A DNA stretch of 63,519 bases, filler included, from Octopus bimaculoides (GCF_001194135.2; 3 parts of 3 records of this genome joined end to end with filler, not necessarily neighbours in it); one strand, 5' to 3'; shown: positions 27,339 through 40,679, numbered from the whole stretch's first letter. Program-made: numbers and translations. The notes: generated by a model from the sequence alone, not told the origin.

Positions 27339-27430
27339 GCCTGCCTGCCTGCTTGTCTGTCTGTCTGCCTGTCTGCCTGTCTGTCTGTCTGTCTGTCTGT
27401 CTGTATGTCTGTATATCTGTCTGTCTGTCT
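27128..27430. repeat. (TCTA)n/(TCTG)n tetranucleotide array
   Basis: Direct reading of the sequence. Confidence 0.95.
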
Positions 27431-27632
27431 AATTTAGCAATGGTCACACTTGCACTCTTTCACGCTAAAATCCCTGTTTACTGCAATAGTCGCTGATCTT
27501 TATTGTTCTTGGTTGGAAGGAACAAATGTAAAACAATTATTTAGTTTAAATAAATGGTTTAGAAATAATAAATATTTTAACAGACCCAAATTCAGACACA
27601 CATGCATAGAAACACACACGCAAACACTCACT

Positions 27633-27678
<46 letters not shown>

Positions 27679-28039
27679 TACACGTAATTTTATGTATGCA
27701 CGTATGAATATATGCTTGTTTGTACATTAGTATGACTGCATATAGCTATATAAAATATATATGTACACATATGTCTATATACATGCAGTATACACACACT
27801 CACACACACACATACAGACACACACACACACACACTTACACACACATATATACCTACCTACATGCCTACATTCATACATACGTATATACATACATGCTTG
27901 CATACATACATAAGTACATACATTTATACATATACACATACATACATAAGTACATACATTTATACATATACACATACATACATACATACATGCATACATA
28001 TATACATACTTAAATGTTGCATCATATCGATTCGCCAAC

Positions 28040-28850
28040 ATCCTTTAACCACCAAGTGTCGAAGTGCAGCCGTTGACCATCTTTGCATACATGAGGCTGA
28101 TAACATTATAAGACTCGGAAGGCAGCTTCTGGAGCAGCATTCCCTGTCTGATAGTCTTACAAACGTGACCAAAGAAGTCGCTCGACTCTACCGCAACGTA
28201 TCATCAACATATAGGAGCAGAAGACCTTGCATGGATATGTTAGTGGAAAGCTCAGAGATGATAGTAACATTGATCGCCAAAGCAGCCTATCGTGGACCAA
28301 CAACCGGATTATTACCTCCCAATTTGGAGGATATGCGTTTGCAATCCAGGAACAGGAAATATCAACCAAATGCCTGATACACAATAAGGACGGAGATGCA
28401 GGAAAGGCAGTAAAATGTGGCAACCGATGCAGACCTTGTGGAATTAACACCGAAGATATCACCTTCATCATAAGCGGTTGTCCGAAAATGTCATCACGGT
28501 ATTATATACCGATGAGACATTATGTCGTAGCAAGGAGACTGTATAACAAGACCCCTCGAACGGATAACCACGTGGACAAAGAAATAAGAACCCACAGGAT
28601 GGTGGAAGCCATATCCATTAATAATAAAAAGGGTGTAATGGTGAAATGTCCCAGTGAAAACTTCGATAAAAGGTAAACACAATAGACCTGACATACAGAT
28701 TTGGGATAGAGAAAAGAATCTGGGTACAGTTGTGGAAATTAGCTGTCCAGCGGATGTTAACGTAAAGCTGAAGATCAGTGAAAAAGAGAACACCTATGCT
28801 GAACTATTGAGAAATCTGTAGTTACTCTATCCAGATTACAAGTTCTTATC
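28040..28850 (+). mobile_element. 3' coding relic of an RLE-type non-LTR retrotransposon (R4/Dong/Hero-like)
   Basis: GYAFAIQEQEISTK, a degenerate CCHC knuckle (CRPCG..EDITFIISGC), RHYVVA, and the PD-(D/E)xK nuclease RPDIQIWD..VVEISCP. Frameshifted. Confidence 0.8.
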
Positions 28851-28859
28851 ATGTGGGGA

Positions 28860-29673
28860 GTTCGGCTTTTTGGTTTTGCTGATGTTTAAACGAGCAATGT
28901 GGAGTGGACTGCCGAACCGAAACGATGATGGTAGTAGCGGAAAGTTTTCGACTAGCTAACAGGAGAACGTGTACGGGAGCGATGGTAGCAACGCGGCGAC
29001 TGACTTCTGCTCATACAAAAATGAATTTCTGCGACTAAATTTTCGAAAGCCTTCTGCATAGTCGCACGGAATTGCTGGAAGTCCGAAGAAACTGTAGAAA
29101 CTGGCAAATATGAATTGTGCTGGTCTGGAAAGGATGTTGTGAACTCCATAGTTTTATCTACTGATGTAGCAAGTTGGTCGCACATCGGAGCCGAGAAAAG
29201 AATAATTATTTTATTATTTTACTACAGCGGGGTTATCTTTTGTGACTTGCCGCATCCTCCGTAACAGTTGTAATGGTGAGCGTCGTTAAATAGCTTGTGA
29301 AACTTCTCAGATGAGAGAGAGGTTCGCCTTAAAATTTCATTCTCAATGGAAGAATACGTTGCATTTGCAGGCGGAGATGTGATTAGGTATCGAAGTTTGC
29401 CCGTCAGTGATGGAGGTAATGAGCTTAATAACGTGTAAGTTGTTGCTGCTGTTGAAGTGACTAATATATAATTTGTTGCTGCTCTGAGTTGTGTTTATTG
29501 GCGGCAAAATAATCCCTCCAGTTGTGCAAACCAGATAGAAATGTCTCCGATGAAAATTGGTATGATTGGATGGTCCATGGCAGCTATAATCGTTGACTGC
29601 GTCGCAGGAAATTGCGACATGTAGAAATTATTAAAGAAAAGTGGTCTCATCACTTGGTGAGTCGCCATTTATG
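28860..29673 (-). mobile_element. Ty3/gypsy gag relic with a putative PBS and LTR 3' end
   Basis: IWFAQLEG, LSSLPPS..LITSPP..EILRRTSLS, RSRSQSPR and YYHHRFG..PHCSF (CWYHxxFG motif). CA-TAAA-TGGCGACTC lies at 29673-29659. Confidence 0.7.
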
Positions 29674-31269
29674 TACTAGACAGTTGGTAATTTGATGGAA
29701 AGATACAAATCGTTACTATTCGAGTTCTGGATGCGTGTGGTGGCAAAATAACAAAATTTCTTGTGCAAAAGAAGGAAGGAAGGAATCAAGGATTTACTAC
29801 AGAAGTATGAAATGTAAGACAAATGGGAATTAAAATGATATGCACATGAAGACTAGGCTCTGATGTTTGCCAAGTAGGTTCATGAGTCCGAAATAATCTC
29901 AATCGTATTATACATCATTGGCAAATTAAAAACTAATGAGTATTTAGAAAGTTTTCACCAGATCTTGGAACCGCTTTAAGAGCAAATAGTTTATAATGAT
30001 AGTTTATATATATATATATATATATATNNNNNNNNNNNNNNNNNNNNNNNNNNNNNNNNNNNNNNNNNNNNNNNNNNNNNNNNNNNNNNNNNNNNNNNNN
30101 NNNNNNNNNNNNNNNNNNNNNNNNNNNNNNNNNNNNNNNNNNNNNNNNNNNNNNNNNNNNNNNNNNNNNNNNNNNNNNNNNNNNNNNNNNNNNNNNNNNN
30201 NNNNNNNNNNNNNNNNNNNNNNNNNNNNNNNNNNNNNNNNNNNNNNNNNNNNNNNNNNNNNNNNNNNNNNNNNNNNNNNNNNNNNNNNNNNNNNNNNNNN
30301 NNNNNNNNNNNNNNNNNNNNNNNNNNNNTATATATATATATATATATATATTCATTATTATAACATGGACATTAGAAAATATTCAATGGAGGTTGTAGCT
30401 TGAAGTACATCACATTTACATGCGCGCTAACATATTCAGTATATAAAAACAAAATATATTTAATCAATCAAATTTTACACCCTACTGTTTCTGTTTTGAC
30501 TTATAATCAATTTTAATTACCAAGTTCTTCCCCTTGCCTCAACAGAAGAGAAATGTCACTTACGCTAATGAATTTATCATCACAGTATTAGTGCAATTTC
30601 GATTAATCAAAATTTATTTTCAGTTCACTACACTAATTATATTAGCATGCACTTAACTAAGTATCTTCTTTATCCAAAGCAATTTGCTGGGAATCATATA
30701 ATGTCAATATTTTAATTTGTCCAATCAACATTTTAATTTGTATAATAAATACTTGCTGAACTTCTGATTATGAACACCTGCACCATATTAAACAGACTAC
30801 GTTAAACTATCCGATACTCCTTTCACAAACTTTGATCAATGATTTTTTTTTTTATCCTTTTGTTTTCATTGTGTCATATATTTTCATCAAAACACTATAT
30901 TTTCCTTTTCTCCTAAAACCATCTTTACTTTTCAGTACCTCATTACAACTTACATTATACGAAACAAAAACTAAATCTAGAAATATAATGTAGGTTCCTT
31001 GAACTATTCTAATTATAGCCCTTTTACTTCTCCAAAGTTTCTTTATATTATTTTCATTATCTCAAACAGTTATTCCTTTCACAATCCAAAGGAGACATTT
31101 TATCTGTACATCGAAGTTCAAATAAAGTGATGTCAGGATGAATAGGGATGAGAAAGAAGAAAGGTATGCGTCCAGTATGTTCATCTTGTGCTAATATCTC
31201 AAATTGGAATGTGTTTGACATATATAACCAGGATTGTCTAAAGTGTTAACTATTAGTAGCTACTTGATT

Positions 31270-33140
31270 TTCTGCCCCACTAGATCGGTAAGAGGTAGAC
31301 CCCCTGCTATAACGTCCGTGGCCCAGAAAACCCCCAGAAAGAGATTGAACGGGTGGATCAGAGCTATACGGACCCCCGAAAACAATGATCAGTTAAAAAG
31401 ATGATCGCACATGCGGTGGGTGCGAGTACCAAAATCACACTCAAGGGCTATATATCTAAGTTAATAGCAAGATATACGCCCAAGAGGAAGGTGCAGCTAT
31501 TATTATCACTATCACTGGCAATGTGGCTAGCCTATTTATGGTATGGTGGGATAGAAAATTCAAAGAGAAATTAGCAGAGAACTGCATAACCCTAACCATC
31601 CGCTCCTGCTATATGGATGATATCTACATAGAATCAAAAATACCTCTACAAGACAACATTGAGGATTTAGAAGCTAACACTATGGAAAGCATTCAGAAAA
31701 TAGCTAACTCCATCCACCAAAGTATTAACGGAACGATAGACTACCCTAGCAAATACCCGAACTATAGGCTATCTGTTTTAAACATGGAATTCTGGCTGGA
31801 AACTATGGCCTTTAAGTACCTGGTTCACAAGAACAGAGATATTGCGAACAACACAAAGTTCAGTATTCTTACAGTAGACTTGGTGAGAGTGAAGAGGAAT
31901 GTGTCTCGCATGTGAGTTCCTATAGAATTGGAAAGACACATACAGCACTTCATCCATCGCATGCAGTCCTCTCGCTACAACCTAAGGGACAAGATTAGAG
32001 TGTACAAAGAAACCAGGGCTAATTATATAGCCATCATACAGAATGATTCACACGGGATCTGCCCGCTATACAGGAGAAAATTCTGGAACATCACAGAAAA
32101 GACTATTAAAAAGATTGATAAGGCCAACTCAGGACAACAAAAAATACCAGAGTGTCATGTTCATTGATGCTATCCCTGGCGGTGAACTAGCATGCCTTGT
32201 TTTTTTTTAGAAAAGCATTATATAAAGCTAATCTACAGAAAGGCCTGATGCCCTCGTAATAGGTGACTTCTGGCTTGAGTTCAAAGAAGAGAAAGGCTCA
32301 GTTAGTAGCATAGAGGTTAAGATATCAACACATAGAACTGACACGCCACTTAGACTAATGACAGAGGCTGCACACATAGCAATAGATAGACCGAGTCTTA
32401 ACTGAAAATACGAATGGAACAATAACACCCACCACCACGCCACACAATGTGACAACTAAAGACAGAAGGGAGAAAAGAACAGATACATACAGTGTAATAC
32501 ACATACAATAGACAAAGATGCATATACCTATGATGAATATACAGAATAAAGATAAAAGTCCTGAATAATGGGAATGGATACAGACAACATAGTAAGCAAA
32601 CCCATATACACACACAAACAGATATAGAGTAACTTCACAAACGGCCGCAACAATATCAACAACGCGACCAACAAGGGCAACAGCAATAGCGCAACAACAA
32701 CAACAACAACCACGATGGCAGAAGTGTGGGCGAACACAAAAACACATAGAGATACAGGAACAGAACCGAAAGTCGGAGTCAACGGCACCAGCAGTGGCAA
32801 CGGAGGACGAGACGAGACGGGGAACATTCATAGAGCTACTAAGAACAATGACATACACATAGAAACACACATGCACACATATAAACACACACACACACAA
32901 ATACAGACACAAACGCATACGCATATAAGGGTACACATCATAAAAGAACAGAATGGACTGAGCGGAGCAAGAGCACACACGAAGACAGAAAGTGTCACTG
33001 AAGAGGTCACATATGTGTGACGAAAGACTTCCGGATATGAGTTAGAATAAGAACAGTAATAAACGAGTGAAGGACGAATGTGTAGTGCGAACTTTAATTT
33101 GGCAATAAAAAATGACCATCTCAAAATACACAATATATAT
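31270..33140 (+). mobile_element. Penelope-like element: RT relic, GIY-YIG C-terminus and HHR-bearing tail
   Basis: GNVASLFMVWWDR, YMDDI, TIDYPSK..LSVL, FIDAIPGGELA and PLRLMTEAAHI..PSLN*KYEW. A hammerhead core lies at 32998-33025. Confidence 0.75.
32992..33038 (+). ncRNA. Hammerhead ribozyme motif (family B-HH)
   Basis: CTGAAGA(32998)-G-GTCACA-TATG-TGTGAC-GAAA(33022)-GACTTCC. Stem II is a perfect 6 bp; stems I and III are imperfect. Confidence 0.65.
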
Positions 33141-33145
33141 GTATA

Positions 33146-33440
33146 TACGAGGGCTTATCAATAAGTATCTAGACTGTTGCCAGAGTAAAGAAACTAAAGC
33201 ATGCAGAGTGAAGACACAGATTGACCTTAAACTCTGCTGTGCAGGCGTACTAAATTTTAACGTTCTAGCTCGCTTCTGCTGTTTACAGCAGGAAGGTGCG
33301 TAGAATGTGATCGTCGCATTGACCATGCCAGAGAAAGTTATCATGGTGATACTTGCTCAGTGGCCAAAGTGATGAATCCAACTCGCATCTTGGCTTAGGA
33401 GACATTCAAGGAAACCAGCTGGATCTGCCTCAATTTTTCT
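33146..33440 (+). mobile_element. Mariner left end, deleted
   Basis: TA-CGAGGGCTTATCAATAAGT resembles a mariner TIR and is followed by an ATG-..EKV..GDTCS N-terminal remnant. Confidence 0.5.
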
Positions 33441-33479
33441 GTGATTTCATCATCTTGATGCACTTTTCATTAAGTATTA

Positions 33480-33830
33480 GAAGATTTGGTACCCAGCGAA
33501 TCATTTAAGCCAATTTCATTTTGCAGAATATTCTCAACTCTCTCGCAGAATATGATAATAAAATTGGCTATTTTATTTATAATCAATCGCCTGTCATCCA
33601 TCAACATGGGGTTAACAAGAGCAGTGTTTTCTCCGGTAGTGATAGTAGCAGGACATAAAGATCCTGGGTATCTTCAACACTTTCCGTTTACGGCTTAAAT
33701 TCAGCTGCCCACTTTTGCCCTGCTTATAAAACTGGAACGTCATCCCCTAATATAGCAACTATGAATGTCATTGGAGAAGGACTAAATTCTTTTTCTGCCG
33801 GTACTTGAGTCTTCTTTGAAAAGTCACATG
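33480..33830 (-). mobile_element. Mariner transposase N-terminal HTH relic
   Basis: ILGDDVP..QKWAAEFK..ESVED..MDDRRL..ERVENILQNEIG, with frameshifts. Confidence 0.7.
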
Positions 33831-35795
33831 TCAGTTTACCTGAAACGAAACAATGTAGTTATTAATGAAACACGCTGTAATTAATGCATGCATGATACAT
33901 ATATGACAAACCTCCACCAACTATTCTGCCTATATATCTGTGCTCACCTTTCATTGCGTGTATGGCATAACGTATGCAAATCGAACGGAGGTCTCAAAAG
34001 ACATTTTAAGATCCACAAAGACCAACTGCGGCTCTTTATGGTCCAAAACAGATATCCAATCTATGTGGGTGTCTTCTCAATATATTGTCTGGTTTCAAAA
34101 GCCACTTCAGACGCTATGATGGATCTATGCTGTATATACAAGAGGAAATCAGATTCTGCATAAGGATGAGACGACCACCACACACACACACGCAGAGATA
34201 CACACTCACACACACACACACATACACTCACACACACACACACTCACACACACACAGCGAGTTAAAGAAAAAGAATGGAGAGTTGTTAAGGATATAAAAT
34301 TAATTTATTAGCATACTGAAAAGTAAAGAATACAAACGTTTCAGTTCAGTCGAATTGTAAAACCAGAGATTGGAATAAATCCAAAGATTGGAATAAAACA
34401 GCATCTAGAATAATATTGGGCAGAATCTCATCAGAGCTAGAGTACAATAGAAGGAGTTACATGTCGATGGATTGGATTTTATCAATGGACTAAGGAAATT
34501 AAGAAATATATTTATTGTGTGTATGCATATGCTAATAAATCAAAAAAGTAATATTTAAAAAAAATATAGTATAAGGGTAAAAGATAAAAATAAAAACCCA
34601 ATAATAATAAATATATAATATAAAGTAAAATAAAAATAAAACCCTTATCTATGTAAATTTCCATTGGTTTACATAACGAATGTATATTGCTGCCTATGTA
34701 TTTATTATTATAAAATCTTATCGAATGACATTGATTTGTTTATGTGTGTAGTTTACTTTTAAGAAGATAGCCGTTAAAAATATGTATTATAAATATGTAT
34801 ACATATTCATGTTAACGTGTAGCGTATGTATATGTGTTTGTTTATATATGTGTTATATGTATGTGTGTATGTATGTGTGCATGAATATAAAAATATTATT
34901 AGATATATGACATATTTTAAATTTTGTTAAAAAATCAAATAAAAATAATAACTAATTTTAATATTTTCATAATATTAATTAAACCTAATCAAGATTTTTC
35001 ATATTAGGAGTTATATTATTACTTGTAAATTCATGATGCTGAGGGGGAATAATTGCGTTTTACGTGGCTGCCTAATATAGATTAGGTGTAGTACGTCATT
35101 AAATTATGTTTTCTTAAAAGAACATTAAGATTATTTATAAAGAAGTTTATCTAATTATATAGTAATTAAAAAGATAAATTGATTATTTTAATTATTTCAA
35201 TTTCAATTATACAAAGATTGTTGATTACGCGATTCTACTTAATAGTAAATTACATATTATATATTATACGATGTAATGTTATTTATAAGCTAATTTTACA
35301 TATAGAGATATAATTACATAATGCATTATTATATTTGGTTATTATATTTGGTTATTATATTTAGATATTTGGGTATTTGATATATACAGTCTATCTGTAT
35401 TCAGAGGATAGATACCTAGGGGTGTGTAAACAAATAATTTATTATTTTTATATGTATATACAGACCTAAAAAATGTGAAGCGTATACATATATGTTTGTT
35501 TACGTATATCTATTATACGTACTAACAGAAAGACCGCCCTCTAGGCGGTTTCTGCTAAACTCTTGATAATATTCTAATAATTTTTATATTTTACGTTTAA
35601 TTAATTCTTTGTATAATAATGCTAATTTGCTTAGTAAGTATTGCTTTCATTATTTTATCACAGTCATAATCTCTCTTTTTTAAACAAACATCATGGTAGT
35701 CGAACAACAGAGGGAGAAGCAGTTTGTCAAGTTTTACCTTCTCCTCAAAGCAACATAGAGATTTCAATTCATCATCTCTTCTGTAAGCTTTGCAG

Positions 35796-35836
<41 letters not shown>

Positions 35837-36847
35837 NNNNNNNNNNNNNNNNNNNNNNNNNNNNNNNNNNNNNNNNNNNNNNNNNNNNNNNNNNNNNNNN
35901 NNNNNNNNNNNNNNNNNNNNNNNNNNNNNNNNNNNNNNNNNNNNNNNNNNNNNNNNNNNNNNNNNNNNNNNNNNNNNNNNNNNNNNNNNNNNNNNNNNNN
36001 NNNNNNNNNNNNNNNNNNNNNNNNNNNNNNNNNNNNNNNNNNNNNNNNNNNNNNNNNNNNNNNNNNNNNNNNNNNNNNNNNNNNNNNNNNNNNNNNNNNN
36101 NNNNNNNNNNNNNNNNNNNNNNNNNNNNNNNNNNNNNNNNNNNNNNNNNNNNNNNNNNNNNNNNNNCTTTCAGGAAGATGAGTATTTTTTAATGAAAAAT
36201 TATGCAAATCCCTTTCAAACAGCATAGATTACGATTATAAAGAAATTTCTGGGGAAATTTTTTCAGGGACCTTCCTCATTTTTTTTAAGCCTTCGAAATG
36301 ATAGTGTTGGGGGTTTGGGGGGGGGGTCATCTTTGTATGAAGAATGTTTTGTAAACTCTTTTTATTTACACCTCTCCCTCATCAACTCACTCCTGACCTA
36401 TTTTGGCCATTTTTTTTTTACATTTCAAAACCCTGGCTAGAGCATTTTCGGCACAAAATTGTAAAAACAATTATAAACATTTTCAGAGGGAAAAGTGAGT
36501 GATTTAAGAGCGATTCGGCCGTTGTTTCTAGCATATTCAAAGACAACCCTCATTTCTTTATCACTCTCGCATGTATTGATGTTTATCGATATTTTCCCCC
36601 ACAAATACATTTATATGCTATAAAAAAGAAAATTAAAGAAATTATGAACTTTTTGCAATCCCACTCCCTGCACCCAATTGTTTTGTTTAGAAATTAAAAT
36701 AATGGAGAGCCTGAAAATGTCATTGTTGCATTTATCCACGGTGATTTCAAAAATTACGGAGATGTACTTGCATTGATGTCGTGTGCTGAAACAAAGGCAA
36801 TTGCAGCGTAGATGTTTGTAAGCCATTCAAAAACACTTAGTTTCACT

Positions 36848-37055
36848 GCACTACTAAAATACAGAGGTACCGATGTATGTACGTAACGATATAAAGGGGA
36901 TGGTTAGTTTTAAGGTTAGTTTTTAGGGTTACGGTTAGGGTTAGTTTTAGAGTTAGTCAGGGTTAGGGTTCAGGTGTCATTACACGTCCACACAGCGTAT
37001 TTAAAGTGTTTTGTACGTAAGACTCGTATTTAAGTAGTACGTCTGTATTTAGTGC
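36848..37055. mobile_element. Short IR-bounded element with degenerate TTAGGG repeats
   Basis: Imperfect inverted repeats GCACTA(CTA)AAATACAGA and TCTGTATTTAGTGC enclose a GGTTAG-type tract at 36902-36971. Confidence 0.5.
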
Positions 37056-38334
37056 CAAAATGTTTTCTTCGCTTTGAAACTGCGACCTTTTTACTGACAA
37101 ACCTTTGCATACATAATGCAGCACAAAGATTTGTCTGTGAACAGCAAAAACATACACACACACACGCGCCCAAACATTCACGGTCTTTCATTTGTGTGTA
37201 TGTGTATGTGTGTGCGCGAGTGTCACTGTTCAAATCGCTCGTGCAACTTGTTTGTGTATATATTGGGTTAGTGGTACAGAGTGTTTGGAAACTGTGAATA
37301 AGGTGCTAGTTTTGAGTACATGGTAACATTTTTTCTTCTCGTCTTCTAATAGTAATTACCCAACTTTCTAGGCTCTTCTCACAGCTATACCGCATTCAAA
37401 GATTATACGGATATTTTTAACATTTTCATTCAATGAATAATAAATTTGGTATGCATTAACAGAATAATAAATAATATATTACGTATACATTAATAGAATA
37501 ATCTGTCGGTTTTCCGAATAGCGAATGAAAACTTAAAAGAGAAAGTGAGAGACATTGCAAATGAGAATTGAATTCTCCGCAGTGAATGCAATGAATATTT
37601 AAATTTGTGAATTAGACGCAGTGAATGCAATAAATATTTAGATTTGCGAGAAATTGAAGTTAAAAAATTCAAGGGACTTGAGAAAACGGAATTATAGGAA
37701 ATTTCTTAGAACATGAAGTTATAAAAGTATTTCCAGACGGTCAACCCTTTAATAATTACTTTATTTTAGCACTTTTAGTAATTGTTATATACCTAATTAA
37801 TAATCAGCTTTCTTGATTATAGAATAGATGTGAGTATGCATACATATAATGTTAACCAAGACAACTACTATAATCATAAGCCTGATAAAGATAATCATTT
37901 CCACCATTTCGTCAATCGCAGCAGATTCCAAGCTTCATCACAAATTTAGTTCTCAACTATATTTGAAATTGTTGACAGTTTTAAAGAGGTTACCTCCTCA
38001 GCTACACTTTGGCATAAATAGTTTGAAATTTGGTTCAGCAGAAAAAAGTTACATCAAAATATGTAGGCTCTAAAGCTGAGCAGTAAGGCACCTATTCATC
38101 TTCAATTAATATAATTTTTGTTTTTTAGATAAAAGTATACTTTTCTTAGGCTTAAATGATAGAAAAATGCATGAGGAATTCAGAATTGTTAGTCGCATTG
38201 AACAAAAGTTAGTAGAAAAAAATTATGCGGTGGGATGTCATGAAATTTCAAGTCAGTGAGGAAGTAAGTAACGTTCCAAACGATAATGTTATAAGATAAG
38301 AATATATTTCTAAAGTGAATACCTACGTTCTAAC

Positions 38335-38441
38335 AGGGCGAGTTAGCAGACACGTCAGCACCCCTGGTGAAATGCTTATCAGTATTTCGCCTGTCTTTTT
38401 GTTCTGAGTTCAAATTCTACCGAGGTCGACTTTACCTTTCG
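38335..38441 (+). mobile_element. SINE family B, 5' part
   Basis: GGCGAGTTAGCAGA..GTTCTGAGTTCAAATTCTACCGAGGTCGACTTT. Confidence 0.75.
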
Positions 38442-39173
38442 TATATATGTTTTAAAATTATTTCTTGAAGTTATTTTTAATATGCTGCTGAATTAAGATA
38501 AGTTTAATCTTGCTTTTCTTGCTTTTCCTTTTTAGTTGTTGTTTTTTTTCTTTTTAGTTATTATTTAATCAGGCTAGTTCATTAATGTGTTATATGCTTC
38601 AGACTTGTGCATCTAAATTTATTGGGGCAGAAATATAGACATTTTTGGCTGTGTCTCTATGGCCAGACCTGAAGGCATTTAGTAAGGCTGTCCAGAAAAG
38701 GCATTGGTTAAAAGTGCTCATATTCTAAATTTACTTTCAAATTTTCAAAATTAGTTAAAAGGGATTTTTCATAAATCAAATTTATATTAATGGGGTGTAG
38801 GTGATTTTAATTTGTGTATGTCTGATATGCTTTTATAATTACTGTTGTATTGAATAATTATTGATAGAAGTAGATTAGCAGCAGTCAGTGCTATTATCAC
38901 CTACTAAAGATCTAGGTTACTGGTGATTTTGGGGTCTTATTGTTTGTAACTTTTGGCGAGTCATGGTGCAACCAACAAGATGGTAAAATTCCCTGCCATA
39001 TATTTGGTGTGGATGGGTAATATCAAATAATCCAATCACAACATATATTTAAATTAAACATGAAAAAAATTGAGATATTATCTTTCAGTATTTTATGAAT
39101 TAAACTCTTAAGTGATTAATTGACACGTTATTAATTATCTTATAATAGCAATGCCTGGAAAAATCATGGATTA

Positions 39174-39602
39174 CATGGGAAAATGCGGGCATGAAAAGTA
39201 ATATTTTTAAGATTATAAACCTGGAAAAGTACAGGACAAGTAATTACACCTGTAAAACTATAGGACAAGTTATTACTTCTAGTAAAGTAAAAGATGAGAA
39301 ATTTTTTACTTAAAATATTGCAGCTAAAATTAAAATATGAATATTAAAGATTATTTTATTATAGTTTACAAATAACAGTATACTGATTTAAGTAGAATTT
39401 GGCTAATTTACTACCTTAAATACAGAAAAAAGTGACTAATTAGACAAGCTTTGCTGCAATACTTTAAGTAGAAAGTTTCTAATTCTTTACTTTACTAGAA
39501 ATAATAGCGTTCCTATACTTTTCCAGCTTTAATAACTTGTCCTGTACTTTTCCAGGGTTATAATCTTAAGAATATTGCTTTTCATGCTCACATTTTCCCA
39601 TG
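39174..39602. mobile_element. TA-flanked MITE with about 80-bp TIRs
   Basis: TA|CATGGGAAAATG...CATTTTCCCATG|TA. The arms stay complementary through CCTGGAAAAGTACAGGACAAGT. Confidence 0.75.
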
Positions 39603-40679
39603 TAATAACATATAGCTAATTATCCCTTTTGGAAAACAGATAAAAAGTAACATAAAGCCTTATGGATTCGAGTTTGACGGATGCGGTATCAAAAGACTCA
39701 GTAATCTTTCGGCAACCAAATGAATATGTTTTTTGCACAACAACTCTTTGTTACTACAAAGATAACCTCAGTAACGAGGTTGGGTTGCAGAATATTGAGA
39801 TATTTAGGCAAGGGAGGTAACTCTGCCTGTACAATCTTTATCTCTTAGAAAGAATATAATGAAAAAAATGTTTAAAATACATGTAGTTTTACCAGGGAAT
39901 GAAATTTCGAAGAGATACTGTCAACTTTATTAGTATTATTTAGTAGATAATCTTTTAATATGAAGTATGTTTGCCTGTATTTTGTATACCCTAGATTTGC
40001 CTCTTATGTAGCAGACCCATCACATAGTTTTTTCCTTCCTGAAGTGCTGAAGATCTGTCTTTTTTTTTATGAAAGTGTATGTTTTGAAGAGATATCTGGC
40101 TGCTATTTCTACTAGCACAAGTACCACAGACAGACGTGTGTGCATGTGTGCGTGTGTGCGTTTTGTTGCGGTGAAAAATTACTTTTGTTCAGGATATTTT
40201 GCACAATAATTTTTTAAAGAAATCTAGACATCTTAGTCACTGCTAGTCATTCAAATTCAAATTACAATTGTTAATTGTTGGAAGTCAAGTGGACTGAGAT
40301 GTAGATATATTGTTATCGCATAGAGTGGAGTTCAATATGAAATTTTGAAATCATTATCTTCTGATTAGTAACCCATTACCTTAAATTTGAAGCCATTAAG
40401 CCTTTCAACATTATTTTACAGAGTTTAGTCTTTTGATTGCCGCTATGAAGGCGTATCACCTTCAAAAATATAATTGATCATACTGACATCAGTACATATT
40501 TCAATCTGGTATTCATTTTATAGATCTCTGCTTGATGAACTGATAGTAGGACACAATACTCGATTTAACAACAAATGTGACCAGATGCACACACACAGAC
40601 ACAAACATATATACATACACACATATTTATTTCTTTATTGCCCACAGCGGGCTAAACATAGAGAGGATACACAAACAGT

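Noticed and set aside
32403-32405. In-frame TGA in the PLE endonuclease tail as possible selenocysteine
   Set aside because: The position is not an expected Cys, the element has other stops and frameshifts, and I saw no SECIS. CGA-to-TGA decay is simpler.
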